Shown: one piece after another, positions 31,956 through 42,661 of the stretch
Layout: each line of letters begins with the position of its first letter
How positions within the stretch are numbered: the stretch's first letter is position 1
NCBI GenBank assembly: GCA_963788655.1
Contig: CAWBHS010000039.1
Location: 96,001 to 160,000 of the forward strand
Length of the DNA: 64,000 nt
Source of the DNA: an uncultured Verrucomicrobiae bacterium
Lineage (GTDB): Bacteria > Verrucomicrobiota > Verrucomicrobiia > Limisphaerales > JAFGQR01
Direction of reading: 5' to 3'
Notes under the pieces: generated by a model
What the model saw: the letters and a program-made list of their open reading frames with translations, nothing else
Told to the model about the DNA's origin: nothing
Databases searched by the model: none
Position numbers and translations under genes: made by a program

Positions 31956-32138
31956 ATGAATGGCGAAATGTTTGTAGCACTGATTGAGGAAATGGTTGAC
32001 TTAAAGCTCCAACAACAAGCGGAGGCAAACCTCAAGCCGAGCCCCGACGTTGTCCGGTTGTTGCAGGAGAAACGGGCCACGGACCAGCGACGGTTGGTGC
32101 AAATCAGGACGGAGTTGGTGCGAATGCTCAATGGATGA
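31956..32138 (+). CDS. Small helical hypothetical protein
   Basis: MNGEMFVALIEEMVDLK..., protein-like amphipathic composition. Confidence 0.55.
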   Translation: MNGEMFVALIEEMVDLKLQQQAEANLKPSPDVVRLLQEKRATDQRRLVQIRTELVRMLNG

Positions 32139-32433
32139 CGAGCACAGTTCTTCCCGATGCGTCCAGCCAGATTGGGCATCAGGAATTGGTGTTGACAACA
32201 TTTTAGGAACTGTTTAGCAGGTAAGCGACATAACGGACGATGTTGTTAGAATGTGATGACGACCGAACATGGACGGCAAAGGAGCGGGAAGGTGCCGGTT
32301 TCAGACTGGAGGCGCGGGTTGAGCTTCTCGCGCTCGGTGGAAGGACCGTGGTGACGTCGGCGCGGTGCTTTGCGCAAGGATTTGAGGGTTCTACATGACT
32401 TCATAACTGATCAGGAAACCGTCCCAAGGCGCT

Positions 32434-33855
32434 ATGAAAACCACCAAGATCCTCTGCTTTGAACACGGTTCCGTGCCTGAATGGACAGCCACCCTCAAGG
32501 CACACCTGGTTTCAGAAGTGGGTGACAGATTGTTGTTCCGCCATGAACGGCAATTGCCCCTGCCGGGCACGGATGCCCCGGTGGAACTGCGGTCCGAGCT
32601 GCAGACCTTTGCGCCGGATCTGCTCTTCTTGCTTTTGTCGCCAGCCGGGCGTGGCGATAGTGAGCGGCTGCTTCGTGAAGTGCAGTTAAATGCCCCCAAG
32701 CTGCCCGTGGTTGTCGTGACGGACACGGATGAGCCGCGCTTTGTCCAGAAGTTGTTTGAACTGGGCGCCAGTGATTTTCTTGTGCCGCCGTTGCGGGCTG
32801 TTGAGGTTTGCCCCCGGCTAAGTCGGTTGCTTCAATTCCGCGAACAGCAGAACACGCAACTGGCGCAACTGCGGAGCCAAATTGGCTTGGAGCAATTGAT
32901 TGGGGATAGCCCGCTGTTGCTGGAGGAAATCCGGAAAATTCCCTTGCTCGCCCAGTGCAATGCCAGCGTCCTAATTACGGGTGAAACCGGTACCGGCAAA
33001 GAACTGTTCGCCCGCGCGGTGCATTATCTAAGCCCGCGTGCGCACCAGCCGTTCGTGGCCTTGAACAGCGGCGCCATCCCGGTTGATCTGGTGGAAAACG
33101 AACTATTCGGCCACGAAACGGGCGCATACACCAATGCCCACACGGCTCAACCCGGAGTCATTCGCGAAGCCGAAGGGGGCACGTTGTTTCTGGACGAAAT
33201 CGATTCCCTGCCGCCCGCGGCCCAAGTCAAGCTGCTCCGTTTTCTTCAGGACAAGGAATTTCGTCCACTCGGCGCCCGCAAAACCTGCCGAGCCGATGTT
33301 CGTGTTATTTCCGCTTGTAACGCGAAACTGGATGAGGCCCTGGCCGCCCGCCGGTTGCGGGAAGATCTTTACTACCGCTTGAACGTCCTCCGTCTGCACT
33401 TGCCGCCCCTGCGCGATCGCCGGGACAATATCCCGCTGCTGGCTCGGCATTTTTTGGGGCAATATGCGACGGCGTTCGGACGGTCGGCATGTGATTTGAC
33501 GCCTGCCGCGTTGCGCAGGCTGACGCTTTACGATTGGCCTGGCAACGTTCGCGAACTGGAGAATGTGATCGAGCGCGCCGTCGCCCTGTCGTCCGGTGCC
33601 GCGATTCAGGCCGGCGACATTGACGTGCCGGTGACCGACGGCAACGTGGTTTCGCCAGAATCCTTCAGTCAACTCAAAGCACGGGTGATGGCCGAGTTTG
33701 AACGGGGGTACGTGATGCAAATGCTCGAGCGTCACCAAGGGAATATTGCGCACGCCGCTCGAGCCGCGCAGAAGAACCGGCGGGCGTTTTTTCAACTCAT
33801 GCGCAAACACCACATTCGCGTCCAGCAACACCCCTTGGCCGTATCCATTCAGTAG
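32434..33855 (+). CDS. Sigma-54-dependent enhancer-binding protein (NtrC-like) with degenerate receiver domain
   Basis: GETGTGKE, ELFGH-x-x-GAYTNA, LFLDEID, DLYYRLNV, WPGNVRELEN, C-terminal Fis-type HTH. Confidence 0.93.
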   Translation: MKTTKILCFEHGSVPEWTATLKAHLVSEVGDRLLFRHERQLPLPGTDAPVELRSELQTFAPDLLFLLLSPAGRGDSERLLREVQLNAPKLPVVVVTDTDEPRFVQKLFELGASDFLVPPLRAVEVCPRLSRLLQFREQQNTQLAQLRSQIGLEQLIGDSPLLLEEIRKIPLLAQCNASVLITGETGTGKELFARAVHYLSPRAHQPFVALNSGAIPVDLVENELFGHETGAYTNAHTAQPGVIREAEGGTLFLDEIDSLPPAAQVKLLRFLQDKEFRPLGARKTCRADVRVISACNAKLDEALAARRLREDLYYRLNVLRLHLPPLRDRRDNIPLLARHFLGQYATAFGRSACDLTPAALRRLTLYDWPGNVRELENVIERAVALSSGAAIQAGDIDVPVTDGNVVSPESFSQLKARVMAEFERGYVMQMLERHQGNIAHAARAAQKNRRAFFQLMRKHHIRVQQHPLAVSIQ

Positions 33856-34028
33856 CTGGAGCAGCGATGACGCGCTTCGGCGCGGTAGGACAGGCGTCTC
33901 GCCTGTCTCGAATAGCCAAGCACATCCTCCCTTGTTGGTGACCTGGAGAGACTTCCTACGCCGCGGTGCCAATCGATGGTTGGCAGTCGTTCGAAACAGG
34001 CGGGACGCCTGTCCTACTGAATAGTCAC
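33838..34028. repeat. ~190-bp REPIN/MITE-like element, copy 2 (overlaps the activator stop codon)
   Basis: Homologous to 27566-27755. Confidence 0.85.
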
Positions 34029-34049
34029 CCCTTAGCGACAATTTCTGGG

Positions 34050-34304
34050 GTGGTCAAAATAGTGATCGAGGTGGACCGAAATGTCCACCCGGCTCTGTAG
34101 GCTCAGAATTCAGCCGAGCTTGGGTTCGGTTCAAACGGAACCGCGGTAGTGGGCTATCGCAGTCCATGCCGCTATACGACTACTCAAGGAGTTGGAAAAT
34201 CCACCAGCCTGGAGGGGGGCACTCCTCTACCACGCTTGCGAAGCCTCCTTGATCCTCATTCTACGCCGCATTGCGAAACCTCGACGTGGACAACTTGATC
34301 CACC
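34050..34304. promoter_or_regulatory. Candidate upstream activator sites GTGGA-N8-TCCAC
   Basis: ggtggac-cgaaat-gtccacc (34070-34089), gtgga-caacttga-tccac (34286-34303), degenerate gtggt-N8-tgatc (34050-34067). Confidence 0.5.
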
Positions 34305-34344
34305 TTCAGCGTAGCGCACACCTGGAAACACCCTGTTTATTGAG

Positions 34345-34360
34345 TGGCATCAGCATTGCT
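34345..34360 (+). promoter_or_regulatory. Sigma-54 (-24/-12) promoter for the eCIS operon
   Basis: TGGCAT-CAGCA-TTGCT versus consensus TGGCAC-N5-TTGCW, about 30 bp upstream of the first ATG and downstream of a bEBP gene. Confidence 0.75.
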
Positions 34361-34390
34361 TTAGGAAAACATCAATGCAGCAAATGCCGA

Positions 34391-34699
34391 ATGAAGGCAC
34401 GATCACAATCCATCGGGTCTCCGCTCGCTGCGGAAATCCTGGAGTACCTGAAGCGTCATCCGAACGCTAAAGACACCTTGGAAGGCATCACCCACTGGTG
34501 GTTGTTGGAACAGCGCATTCAGCACACCATCCCGGAAGTCGAAGGCGCCCTGACCGAGTTGGTCGAGCAAGGCTTGGTGCAGCAACACCAGCAGCGGGAT
34601 GGTCGCATTTGTTATCGCCGCAGCCGGCAGCCAGATGACGAAAGCGGCTGCAATTCGGAAACCCAACCGGCGAAACAGCGGGTTCCCAAGCGTAAGTGA
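34391..34699 (+). CDS. Small winged-helix-like protein, first gene of the eCIS operon
   Basis: EILEYLKRHPNAKDTLEGITHWWL...VEGALTELVEQGLV...DGRICY. Confidence 0.7.
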   Translation: MKARSQSIGSPLAAEILEYLKRHPNAKDTLEGITHWWLLEQRIQHTIPEVEGALTELVEQGLVQQHQQRDGRICYRRSRQPDDESGCNSETQPAKQRVPKRK

Positions 34700-34746
34700 A
34701 ATCTAAGAAATAGTGGAGTGAACAACGTGAGCAGGAGACAGCACAC

Positions 34747-34965
34747 ATGAGCGTACACATCATTAACCGGTCCGGCCGGTTGACTTATATTCCCTTGAAC
34801 AGCGGTGAGTCGATTCACCTTGCGCCAGGCGAACGGTCCGGACCCATTGAAGAATTGGACCTCGAGGAGAACCCCAAAGTCCAAAAACTGCTGAAAGCCC
34901 ATCTCATTGCTGAGACTGAAGCCGCCAAAAAAGGCGGCCCCAGTAAGCACGGCAAGAAGAAATAA
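34747..34965 (+). CDS. Small hypothetical protein upstream of the sheath
   Basis: 72-aa ORF with upstream AGGAG, co-oriented with the operon. Confidence 0.65.
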   Translation: MSVHIINRSGRLTYIPLNSGESIHLAPGERSGPIEELDLEENPKVQKLLKAHLIAETEAAKKGGPSKHGKKK

Positions 34966-34998
34966 GACCCCGAATCCCCCAGCACAGGAGACCCACCT

Positions 34999-36873
34999 AT
35001 GGAGCTATTACATCCCGGCGTATTTATTCAGGAAGTGTCCAGCGGCCTGCGGCCCATTGAAGGCGTCAGTACGTCCACCACGGCCTTCCTCGGCAAAGCG
35101 GAGAAAGGCCCATTGGACCGGGCCCTCATGGTCACGAGTTTTACCGAATTCGAGCGAACCTTTGGCGGATATTTGAATGACAGTTACCTGGCGCACGCCG
35201 CCCTGCAGTATTACAACAATGGCGGCAAACGCTTGTATGTCGTCCGCGTGGCCAAGGATGCGGAAACGGCTGACGTGAGCGTGCAGGATCGGAAAGGCGC
35301 CCCAGCCAAAACGATTACCATTGCCGCCACGAGCGCCGGAGCCTGGGGCAATGGCCTGGATGTGGTCATTGCCGATGGGTCGCAGGATCCGGGGGATGAA
35401 TTCAAACTCACGTTGCAACAAGCCGGTAATGTGCTCGAAGTCCATGACAATTTGAGTATGAACCCGGACGCGCTCAACTTCGCCGAGAACGTCGTCAACG
35501 CGAAGTCGCAATTCATCCGGGTCGCGGTTGAACCGGGCAACGATTCCAATGCCGACGGCACCAGCGTCAGCGGCGCCAGTCCGGCCACCAGCTTGCCGGC
35601 GGATCGACGCAAACTGCGTATCAATGTCGATGGCGACGGTTTTCAAACGATCACGTTGGCCAATCCCTGCACGACCGGCGCCGAAATTGCCACGGCCATT
35701 CAAACCGCGGTGCGAGCGTTGTCCCCACTGCGCGGCAGCACCGATGCCACCGCGTTGAGCGCGTTCACCGCGGGCTTTGCCGCCGGCGTTTACACGCTGA
35801 CTTCCGGCGCCTCCGGCAAGAAATCCTCCGTGCAAGTGGCCAACGACCCGGTCGGCAACGCCGCTACGCTTTTGCGCCTAGGAACCACCAATGGCGGCTC
35901 GGAAACCACCGGTGCCGCCGTGCTCCGTCCGGCCAACGGCACTTACAACGTGGGTGACGCACCCGTCGCCGGCAATGTTGTGGGGGCGACGCTGGGCAGC
36001 GATGGCACCACGCCGCAGGACATCGATTTCATGAACGCGTTCGCGCTGCTGGACATTGTGCGCGACGTGAACATTGTCGCCGTGCCGGGCATTGGCACCA
36101 AGGCAGTCGTCGAGCATGGGAGCAATTATTGCGGTCTGCGCATGGATTGCTTTTTTGTAGCCGACATGGCGCCCACCGATGACACCAAGGAAGAAGCGCA
36201 AACCTTCGTCAACAATCTGGCGGTCAAAAGTTCGTATGCAGCCGCGTATTTTCCCTGGTTAAATCCATCGATCCCACTGGCGCTTCACCCGATCCCATCC
36301 TCCTGCCGCCCTCGGGTTATGTCACCGGCATGTATGCGCGCATCGATGGTCGGCGTGGCGTTTGGAAAGCACCCGCGGGCACCGAAGCCAACCTGGGCGG
36401 TGCCGTTGGATTGGCCAAAGAAATCACCGATGCCGAACAGGACACGTTGAATCCGATTGGCGTCAATGTAATCCGCGCGTTCCCGTCTTCGGGCATTGTG
36501 ATTTGGGGATCACGTCACGCTGGCCACGCGTTCCGACCCCGAATATCGCTACGTGCCCGTGCGACGGCTGGCGATCTTTCTCGAGCAAAGCATTTACAAT
36601 GGCATTCAATGGGCCGTATTTGAGCCGAATGATGAAGATCTCTGGGCCAGTTTGCGCCTGAACATCGGCGCGTTCATGATGAACATGTTCCGTGCCGGCG
36701 CGTTCCAGGGCCAAACACCCTCCGCCGCGTTTTTCGTCAAGTGTGACGGACAGACCAATCCGCAGGACCAAATCGATGCCGGCATTGTGACGATTCTGGT
36801 GGGCTTCGCTCCGGTGAAGCCGGCCGAATTTGTCGTGTTGAAGATCAGCCAAAAGGCCGGCCAGTCCGCTTGA
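34999..36873 (+). CDS. Contractile tail sheath protein (frameshifts at ~36262 and ~36513)
   Basis: HPGVFIQEV, YYNNGG, AAYFPWL, GVWKAPAG, LNPIGVNVIR, YVPVRRL, WAVFEPN, GFAPVKPAEFV, spread over three frames. Confidence 0.93.
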
Positions 36874-36910
36874 ACCGCATTGTGACCTAGCGCTCCAAAG
36901 GAAGAATCTT

Positions 36911-37411
36911 ATGGCAAAGTTTACCGTCAATACTCACCGCTTCGATCCGTATCGCAACTTCAAGTTTCGCGTCAAGGTCGATGGCCAATACGTCGCGGGA
37001 TTGAACAAATGCAGCGCGTTGAAGCGCACCACGGAAGTCACGCCCTGGCGCGAAGGCGGCGATCCCAGCACCAGCCGCCAGTTGCCGGGGAAAACCAAAT
37101 ACGAAGCCGTCACGCTCGAAGCCGGCCTGACCCACGATACCACCTTCGAGTCGTGGGCCAACCTGGTCCACAACTTCCAAGGCGACGCCGCGTCGTCTTT
37201 GAAGAACTTCCGCAAAGACATCATCGTGGACGTCTATAACGAGGCCGGGCAGAAGGTGCATTCGTATAAACTGTTTCGCTGCTGGGTTTCCGAATACCAG
37301 GCCCTTCCCGATCTCGATGCCAGTGCCAACGCCATTGCGATCCAGCACATCAAGCTCGAAAACGAAGGCTGGGAACGCGACACTTCGGTCACTGAACCGA
37401 CGGAGACGTGA
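36911..37411 (+). CDS. Tail tube protein (T4 gp19-like)
   Basis: RFDPYRNFKFRV, WREGGD, PGKTKYEAVTLEAG, LPDLDA. Confidence 0.93.
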   Translation: MAKFTVNTHRFDPYRNFKFRVKVDGQYVAGLNKCSALKRTTEVTPWREGGDPSTSRQLPGKTKYEAVTLEAGLTHDTTFESWANLVHNFQGDAASSLKNFRKDIIVDVYNEAGQKVHSYKLFRCWVSEYQALPDLDASANAIAIQHIKLENEGWERDTSVTEPTET

Positions 37412-37482
37412 GGCCCGTTTACCGACCTACCGGAAATTGCGCATGAGGCAACTCAAACGGAATGGAGGCGTTGAACCGCTAA

Positions 37483-37717
37483 GTCCCGGAGGGACGCCCG
37501 ACAATAGCCCACGGTTTCAACCGTGGGTATCGGGTTTGACAAAGAAGCCAAAGCCCCGAAGGGGCGAAAGAAACGTTGCGCTCGATTCCATGCCTCCTAG
37601 AATTGGGACGCGGTGGGAAACTCTGTCATTCTGTCGTCCCCTACGGGACTTATTCATATTCGCCGCTGTTACCCACCGATAAATCGGTGGGCTATTCTCG
37701 ACCGTCCCTCCGGGACG
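37483..37717. repeat. Nested palindromic REP-like element within the eCIS operon
   Basis: gtcccggagggacg...aatagcccacggtttcaaccgtggg ... cccaccgataaatcggtgggctatt...cgtccctccgggac. Confidence 0.75.
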
Positions 37718-37765
37718 ATGTTGCCTCACCTATTGGTTGCCCAGCGTTCAACTCCGCCATCGTCC

Positions 37766-38667
37766 ATGAACATTGCAACCTACTCAGACATTGTAATCTC
37801 ACGCTGCCCGGAGGCGTTCTTAAGCCCGATGGCCCGGCGACCCGCACCGTCCGATTGCGCCCCATCACCGGCGAGGATGAAGAGTGGTTGTTTTCACTGG
37901 ATGCGCCATTGCCTCAAGCCATGCTCGTGACCGAATTGTTGGCACGCTGCGTTAAGGACATTGGTTCCAAACGCGCCGACCGCGAAACCATCCGCCACCT
38001 CCTGGTGGCCGACCGCGAATTTCTGTTGCTCAAGCTGCACGCGCTCAGTTTTGGCGCGCGCGTTGAATTGGTCCGCCATTGTTCCCAGGCAAGTTGCGGC
38101 GCGAAAATGGACCTGGACTTTGATCTGACCGCGGTGCCCATCGAAGAACAGCCCGTGAAATCCGAGTATGAATTCGTATCTGGCGACGGCCCGCCCCACC
38201 GCTTTCGTTTCCGGTTGCCCGACGGCGCCGATCAGGAAGCGGCCTGCGCCTGGGCCGATATGCCCGCCGAAGATATGGCCGCCCGGCTGCTCGCCCGTTG
38301 CCTGATGGACATCGACGGTAAATCGCCCGTGGAACCCGCCGACGTGCTGGCGTTGCCCGGCCCCGACCGCACCGCGTTGGAGAGCAAGATGGAGCGTTGC
38401 TCGCCCAGGGTGCATTTTGAGATGGAGGCCACCTGCCCCCACTGCGGGCGCAGTTTCGACGCGCGCATCGATCCCGCGTCGTTTGCGCTGACAGAACTGC
38501 TGAATGCCCGAAGCGATTTCGAGCGCGAAGTCCACTTGCTGGCCTTTCACTATCATTGGTCCTTGCAGGAAATTCTCGGACTGCCCCGGCTGCGCCGCCG
38601 GCGTTACGTTTGGTTGCTTGCCCGGCAATTGGATCAATCCACGAACTACGCCTACGCCGCTGCATGA
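37766..38667 (+). CDS. Tail assembly chaperone/baseplate-like protein with Cys motifs and DUF6760-like C-terminus (probable frameshift near 37795)
   Basis: LPGG, VRLRPITGEDE, LLVADREFLLL, CSQASCG, FRLPDGADQ, CPHCG, EVHLLAFHYHWS. Confidence 0.7.
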
Positions 38668-39640
38668 GCACGTTCTTGGAACACATCATCGCCTCCGGCG
38701 TGCAGGTGGTTGAACCCGCCGCCAAACGCCACGGACCCAATGTGGCTTCTCCTCGGCTGGTGCCTGGGCTCGAAGCAGCGGATCTTGAGATCGAACGCGG
38801 CGTCGAAAACGCAACACAACCGTTCCCGCCATCGAGTCCCACGCCGGCATCGCCAGGTGCGATACAGGCTGCCGCTGTGCGGTCGCGCCCCGGCGTGAGT
38901 AATCAGTTCGCTGACGGCAACGTACAACGCGAAGGTTCCCGATCTCCAACTCTCACGAGTGGCGCCGCCGAACCCTCATCGGCGTCTTCCGCACCGCAGG
39001 CGTCGGATTCTGAAGTGGCACCTTCTTCGGCGCTATTTCCTTCGCGCCCAGTTCCTGAACAACCCAGTCCAAAACCGTCCTTGCGAACTGTGGAGATTCG
39101 ATCGGTCGATACGCTGCCGCCACTGGAAACGTCCCGCATGTCAGGCCGTCAACGGCCGGCGTCCCAGCCATCGTTGGCCGGTGCCCAAGTGCATCCCATC
39201 GCACCGGCATCCTCGAGTTCGACACCCATTTCACGGAACATGCCGACTGCCGAGCCTCGGACGGCGTCCGTGCCGAAAGCACGTGTCCGCAGAGACACGA
39301 TCCGAACGAATTCGATAAGCTGCCGAAGACGCCGGAGCCCGCTCGGTCACAATCTAATCGCAGCACCGCCAGCCCCGCGCAGCGATCCAGCCACGGCAAC
39401 GACTTCTCCCGATCCCAGTCATTGTCCGCACCTCAACCTTGGGCGCCGGCGGCCCTGCCCAGCGTTTCCTCGCCGGCGCGCGGTTTGGTCATCAAGCATC
39501 TCGAAGTCCGCGTAATCCAGCCGCCGCCGCCGCAACCACCCGTGCCGGCGCCGGCATCCGAACCCGAACCCCATCGCCCGCCGCGTCCACCGTCCGGCGC
39601 CTGGACCAATGCCGCCCGCTACTACCTCCGCGGAATTTGA
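38664..39640 (+). CDS. Low-complexity Pro/Ser-rich eCIS-associated protein (frameshifted)
   Basis: Starts MSTFLEHII overlapping the previous stop; C-terminal LVIKHLEVRVIQPPPP...YYLRGI is in another frame. Confidence 0.5.
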
Positions 39641-39646
39641 ACCGGC

Positions 39647-40465
39647 ATGAGTGCGAGCATTGGAAAAGTGACGGAGTCATTGAAGAGCCTGCTCGAAGCG
39701 CAGATGACTCCGGCCACCGATGTCACGTTGTTGTCGCCGGCGGAGAAAAGTTCGCACAACACCCGCATCAATCTCTTTCTCTATCGCGTGACACCCAACG
39801 CGCATTTGAACAACCAGGATTGGCGTCCGAAGCCCGGCACCACGAACCAGCTTGTGGCACCCCCGTTGACATTGAACCTGTATTACTTGCTCACCGCCTA
39901 CGCCCCGGTCGATCCGAACAGCGGTTTGGTCGATGCGCATGGGCTGTTGGGCGAAGCCATGCGGGTGCTGCACGAAAACGCCATCCTGCCGCAAGCCGTG
40001 CTGGAAAGCGGCCTCAAGCCCGGCAGTGTCAAGGTGACGCCAACATCGCTGGACATGGAGGAAATAAGCAAAATCTGGCTGGCGTTGCAGCAGGACTTTC
40101 AATTGTCCGCCGGCTACGAAGTGTCCTACGTCGAAGTGCCGGCCAAGACCGAACGCCCCTTGCCGACGCGCGTGAATCAAACCGAACTCGAAGTGCGCGC
40201 CACGATGCGTTCGCCCAAGGTGCTGGACATGACGCCCAGTTCCGGACCAGTCGGCACCGACCTGAATTTCACCGGTGAAAACCTAAACAACTGGAAAGCC
40301 ACCGTGTTTGTCGGTGGCCAGGTCGCCGCCAAAGATGCTCTCCTGTTCGACGATCACACCTTCACCGCCAAAGTGCCGCCCGGCTTGGCGATTGGGCTCT
40401 ACGCCGTCGAAGTCAACGTCGGCAACCTGGCCAAATTCCAGGCAACGTTCGAGGTCACCGCATGA
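39647..40465 (+). CDS. DUF4255/Pvc16-like cap protein with C-terminal IPT/TIG-like domain
   Basis: RINLFLYRVTPN, PPLTLNLYYLLTAY, LLGEAMRVLHEN, SAGYEVS; then TPSSGPVGTDLNFTGENL. Confidence 0.85.
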   Translation: MSASIGKVTESLKSLLEAQMTPATDVTLLSPAEKSSHNTRINLFLYRVTPNAHLNNQDWRPKPGTTNQLVAPPLTLNLYYLLTAYAPVDPNSGLVDAHGLLGEAMRVLHENAILPQAVLESGLKPGSVKVTPTSLDMEEISKIWLALQQDFQLSAGYEVSYVEVPAKTERPLPTRVNQTELEVRATMRSPKVLDMTPSSGPVGTDLNFTGENLNNWKATVFVGGQVAAKDALLFDDHTFTAKVPPGLAIGLYAVEVNVGNLAKFQATFEVTA

Positions 40466-42661
40466 AAACCAAAGCCGCCATTCCGTTTGCCTCCGGACGC
40501 GAACATCTGGTCGCCGAATTGGCGTGGCTGGATCGGTGCCTGGCGCTGCAAGTGCGGTTGTTTCATCGCGAGCTGGGAAACGAAAGCGGCCACGGCTGGT
40601 TCTTGTCGCGTCGCGAAATCGAATCGTTGGTTGAAACCGCGCCAGCAACTGAGCCGGAAGAATCAGTCCAAGCGCGCGTGGAAATACTCCAGTCCCGTCG
40701 CGAATTGGATGCACGCAAGCAAGCCGGCGTCAAAAAGGGCGCCTTCCTTCCGCTGGCCTTCATCGCCGGTGTATTTCGATTGTCACGCCATCGAAGAACT
40801 GGCGCTGCTCGTGACCTTGGCCGGCGAACTCGACAGCAAATACAGCAAGCTGTACGCGTATCTACAGGACGACGTCACCCGCAAGTTGCCCAGCCTCGAC
40901 CTGGTCTTTCAATTCGCCCGGACTGCCGGCCTGAGCGAGCCGGCCCAAGTTGGCATGTTCAACCCGGCAGCGCCTTTGTTCTCCTGGCAACTTGTCCACG
41001 TGACCGGCGATCCGGCGCTGCCGACACACCGGTTGTTGCAGCACCTCGTCGTTGACCAACGGGTATTGAGCTTGGTCTTTGGGACTGCGCCAAAGTGATG
41101 ACCAACTCCGCCCCATTCTGCGCCGCTTGCCGACCCGTCAAGGCTCTGAGACAACGGCCCAGCCGTATCGCGATTTGATCGAGCCAATGCGGCGAATGCT
41201 CAAATTGACTGGCAAACGATTGGTCGCTTGCTTTCACGGACCCGCCGCCTCTGAGGGCCTGCAAATCGCCCAAGAAATTTGCCGCGAACAACGGCTGGGT
41301 CTGGTGCATGCCGACCTCAGTGCGCTGGTGGCGACCGCCGCCGCCGGTGGTTTGTCGTGCGTCGATGGCTTGCGCCGGATTTATCGCGAAGCATTGCTCC
41401 AAACCGCCGCCGTCTATTTGTCCGGCTTCGACGCCCTGCTGGAAGATCCCGCGCCAACCTGGCGTTGCCGGTCCTGGAGGAAATTCTGCGCGATGCCTCA
41501 TGGATCACCTTCATCGAAGCACGCCAGCCCTGGATCATGCGGACATTGGCGGACGATCTGGTGGTTTTGCCGTTTGCATTGGCGGTGCCGGATTATGCGT
41601 CGCGCCTTGGCCAATGGAAGCAGCAGCGCAACGGTGACGACAAATCATTGCCCGACCGCGAGCTTGAATCGGTGGCGGCGCGCTACTGTTTTAACACCGC
41701 TGAAATTGACGACACGATGCGCCTGGCTCGGGGCCGAACGCAGATGCGCGCGCAGAAGGATCGGGCCGTCCGCATCGACAACGTCCTGTGGGCCTGCCGC
41801 ATGCGATCGGCGGCGAACTTCGGTTCGCTGGCGCGGGTGACGGTGCCTCGCGCGACCTGGGACGATCTGGTTTTGCCTGACGACGTGCTGGCCGCATTGC
41901 GCGAACTCTGCGCCCAGGTGCGCCAACGTGCGCGGGTGTTGCACGAATGGGGCTTCGACCGCCGGCTCTCGATGGGGAAGGGATTGCACGCGTTGTTCGT
42001 CGGACCCAGCGGCACCGGCAAAACGTTGGCGGCGGAAGTCATTGCGTCCGCACTCGGCCTGGGCTTGGTGAAAGTGGATTTGGCCGGTGTAGTGAGCAAA
42101 TACATCGGGGAAACCGAGAAGAATCTCCAACGCATCTTCGAAAGCGCCGAACGCAGCGATGCCATTTTGTTCTTCGACGAGGCGGACGCGCTGTTCGGCA
42201 AGCGTTCCGAAGTCAAGGACGCTCACGACCGCTACGCCAACATCGAAATCAATTTCCTGCTCCAGCGTCTCGAGGAATACGAAGGCGTGGTCGTGCTCGC
42301 CAGCAACCTGGCCCAAAACATCGACGAGTCGTTCGCGCGCCGGCTCCACTTTACCGTCGAGTTTCCGTTTCCCAACGAGGCGTGTCGGGAAGCGATCTGG
42401 CGCCATCATTTTCCGCCCGAGACGCCGGTGGACCCGGACGTTGATCTGCCCTGGCTCGCGAAGCAAATCAAAGTTCCCGGCGGCAGCATCCGCAACATCG
42501 TGTTGAACGCGGCGTACTTGGCTGCCGACCGCAATCGCCCCGTGCAGATGGACCATTTACTCCAGGCTGCGCGCCGCGAGTTTGACAAGATGGGCAAGCC
42601 GTACCTGAGCGAAGAATTCACCGGACCCGCTGCGGTGGCGGTGAACGGAGGCAAGTCATGA
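40462..42661 (+). CDS. eCIS AAA+ ATPase (Afp15/Pvc15-like), frameshifts at ~40783, ~41090 and ~41450
   Basis: YAYLQDDVT, WDDLVLP, GPSGTGKT, VVSKYIGETEKNL, FFDEADALFGKR, DAHDRYAN. Confidence 0.92.

Noticed and set aside
32192..32220. Sigma-70 promoter for the bEBP gene
   Set aside because: TTGACA is present but the -10 at 17-bp spacing (TAGCAG) is poor.
38664..39640. Tape-measure protein assignment
   Set aside because: Pro/Ser-rich and frameshifted rather than long and helical; no support beyond its position.
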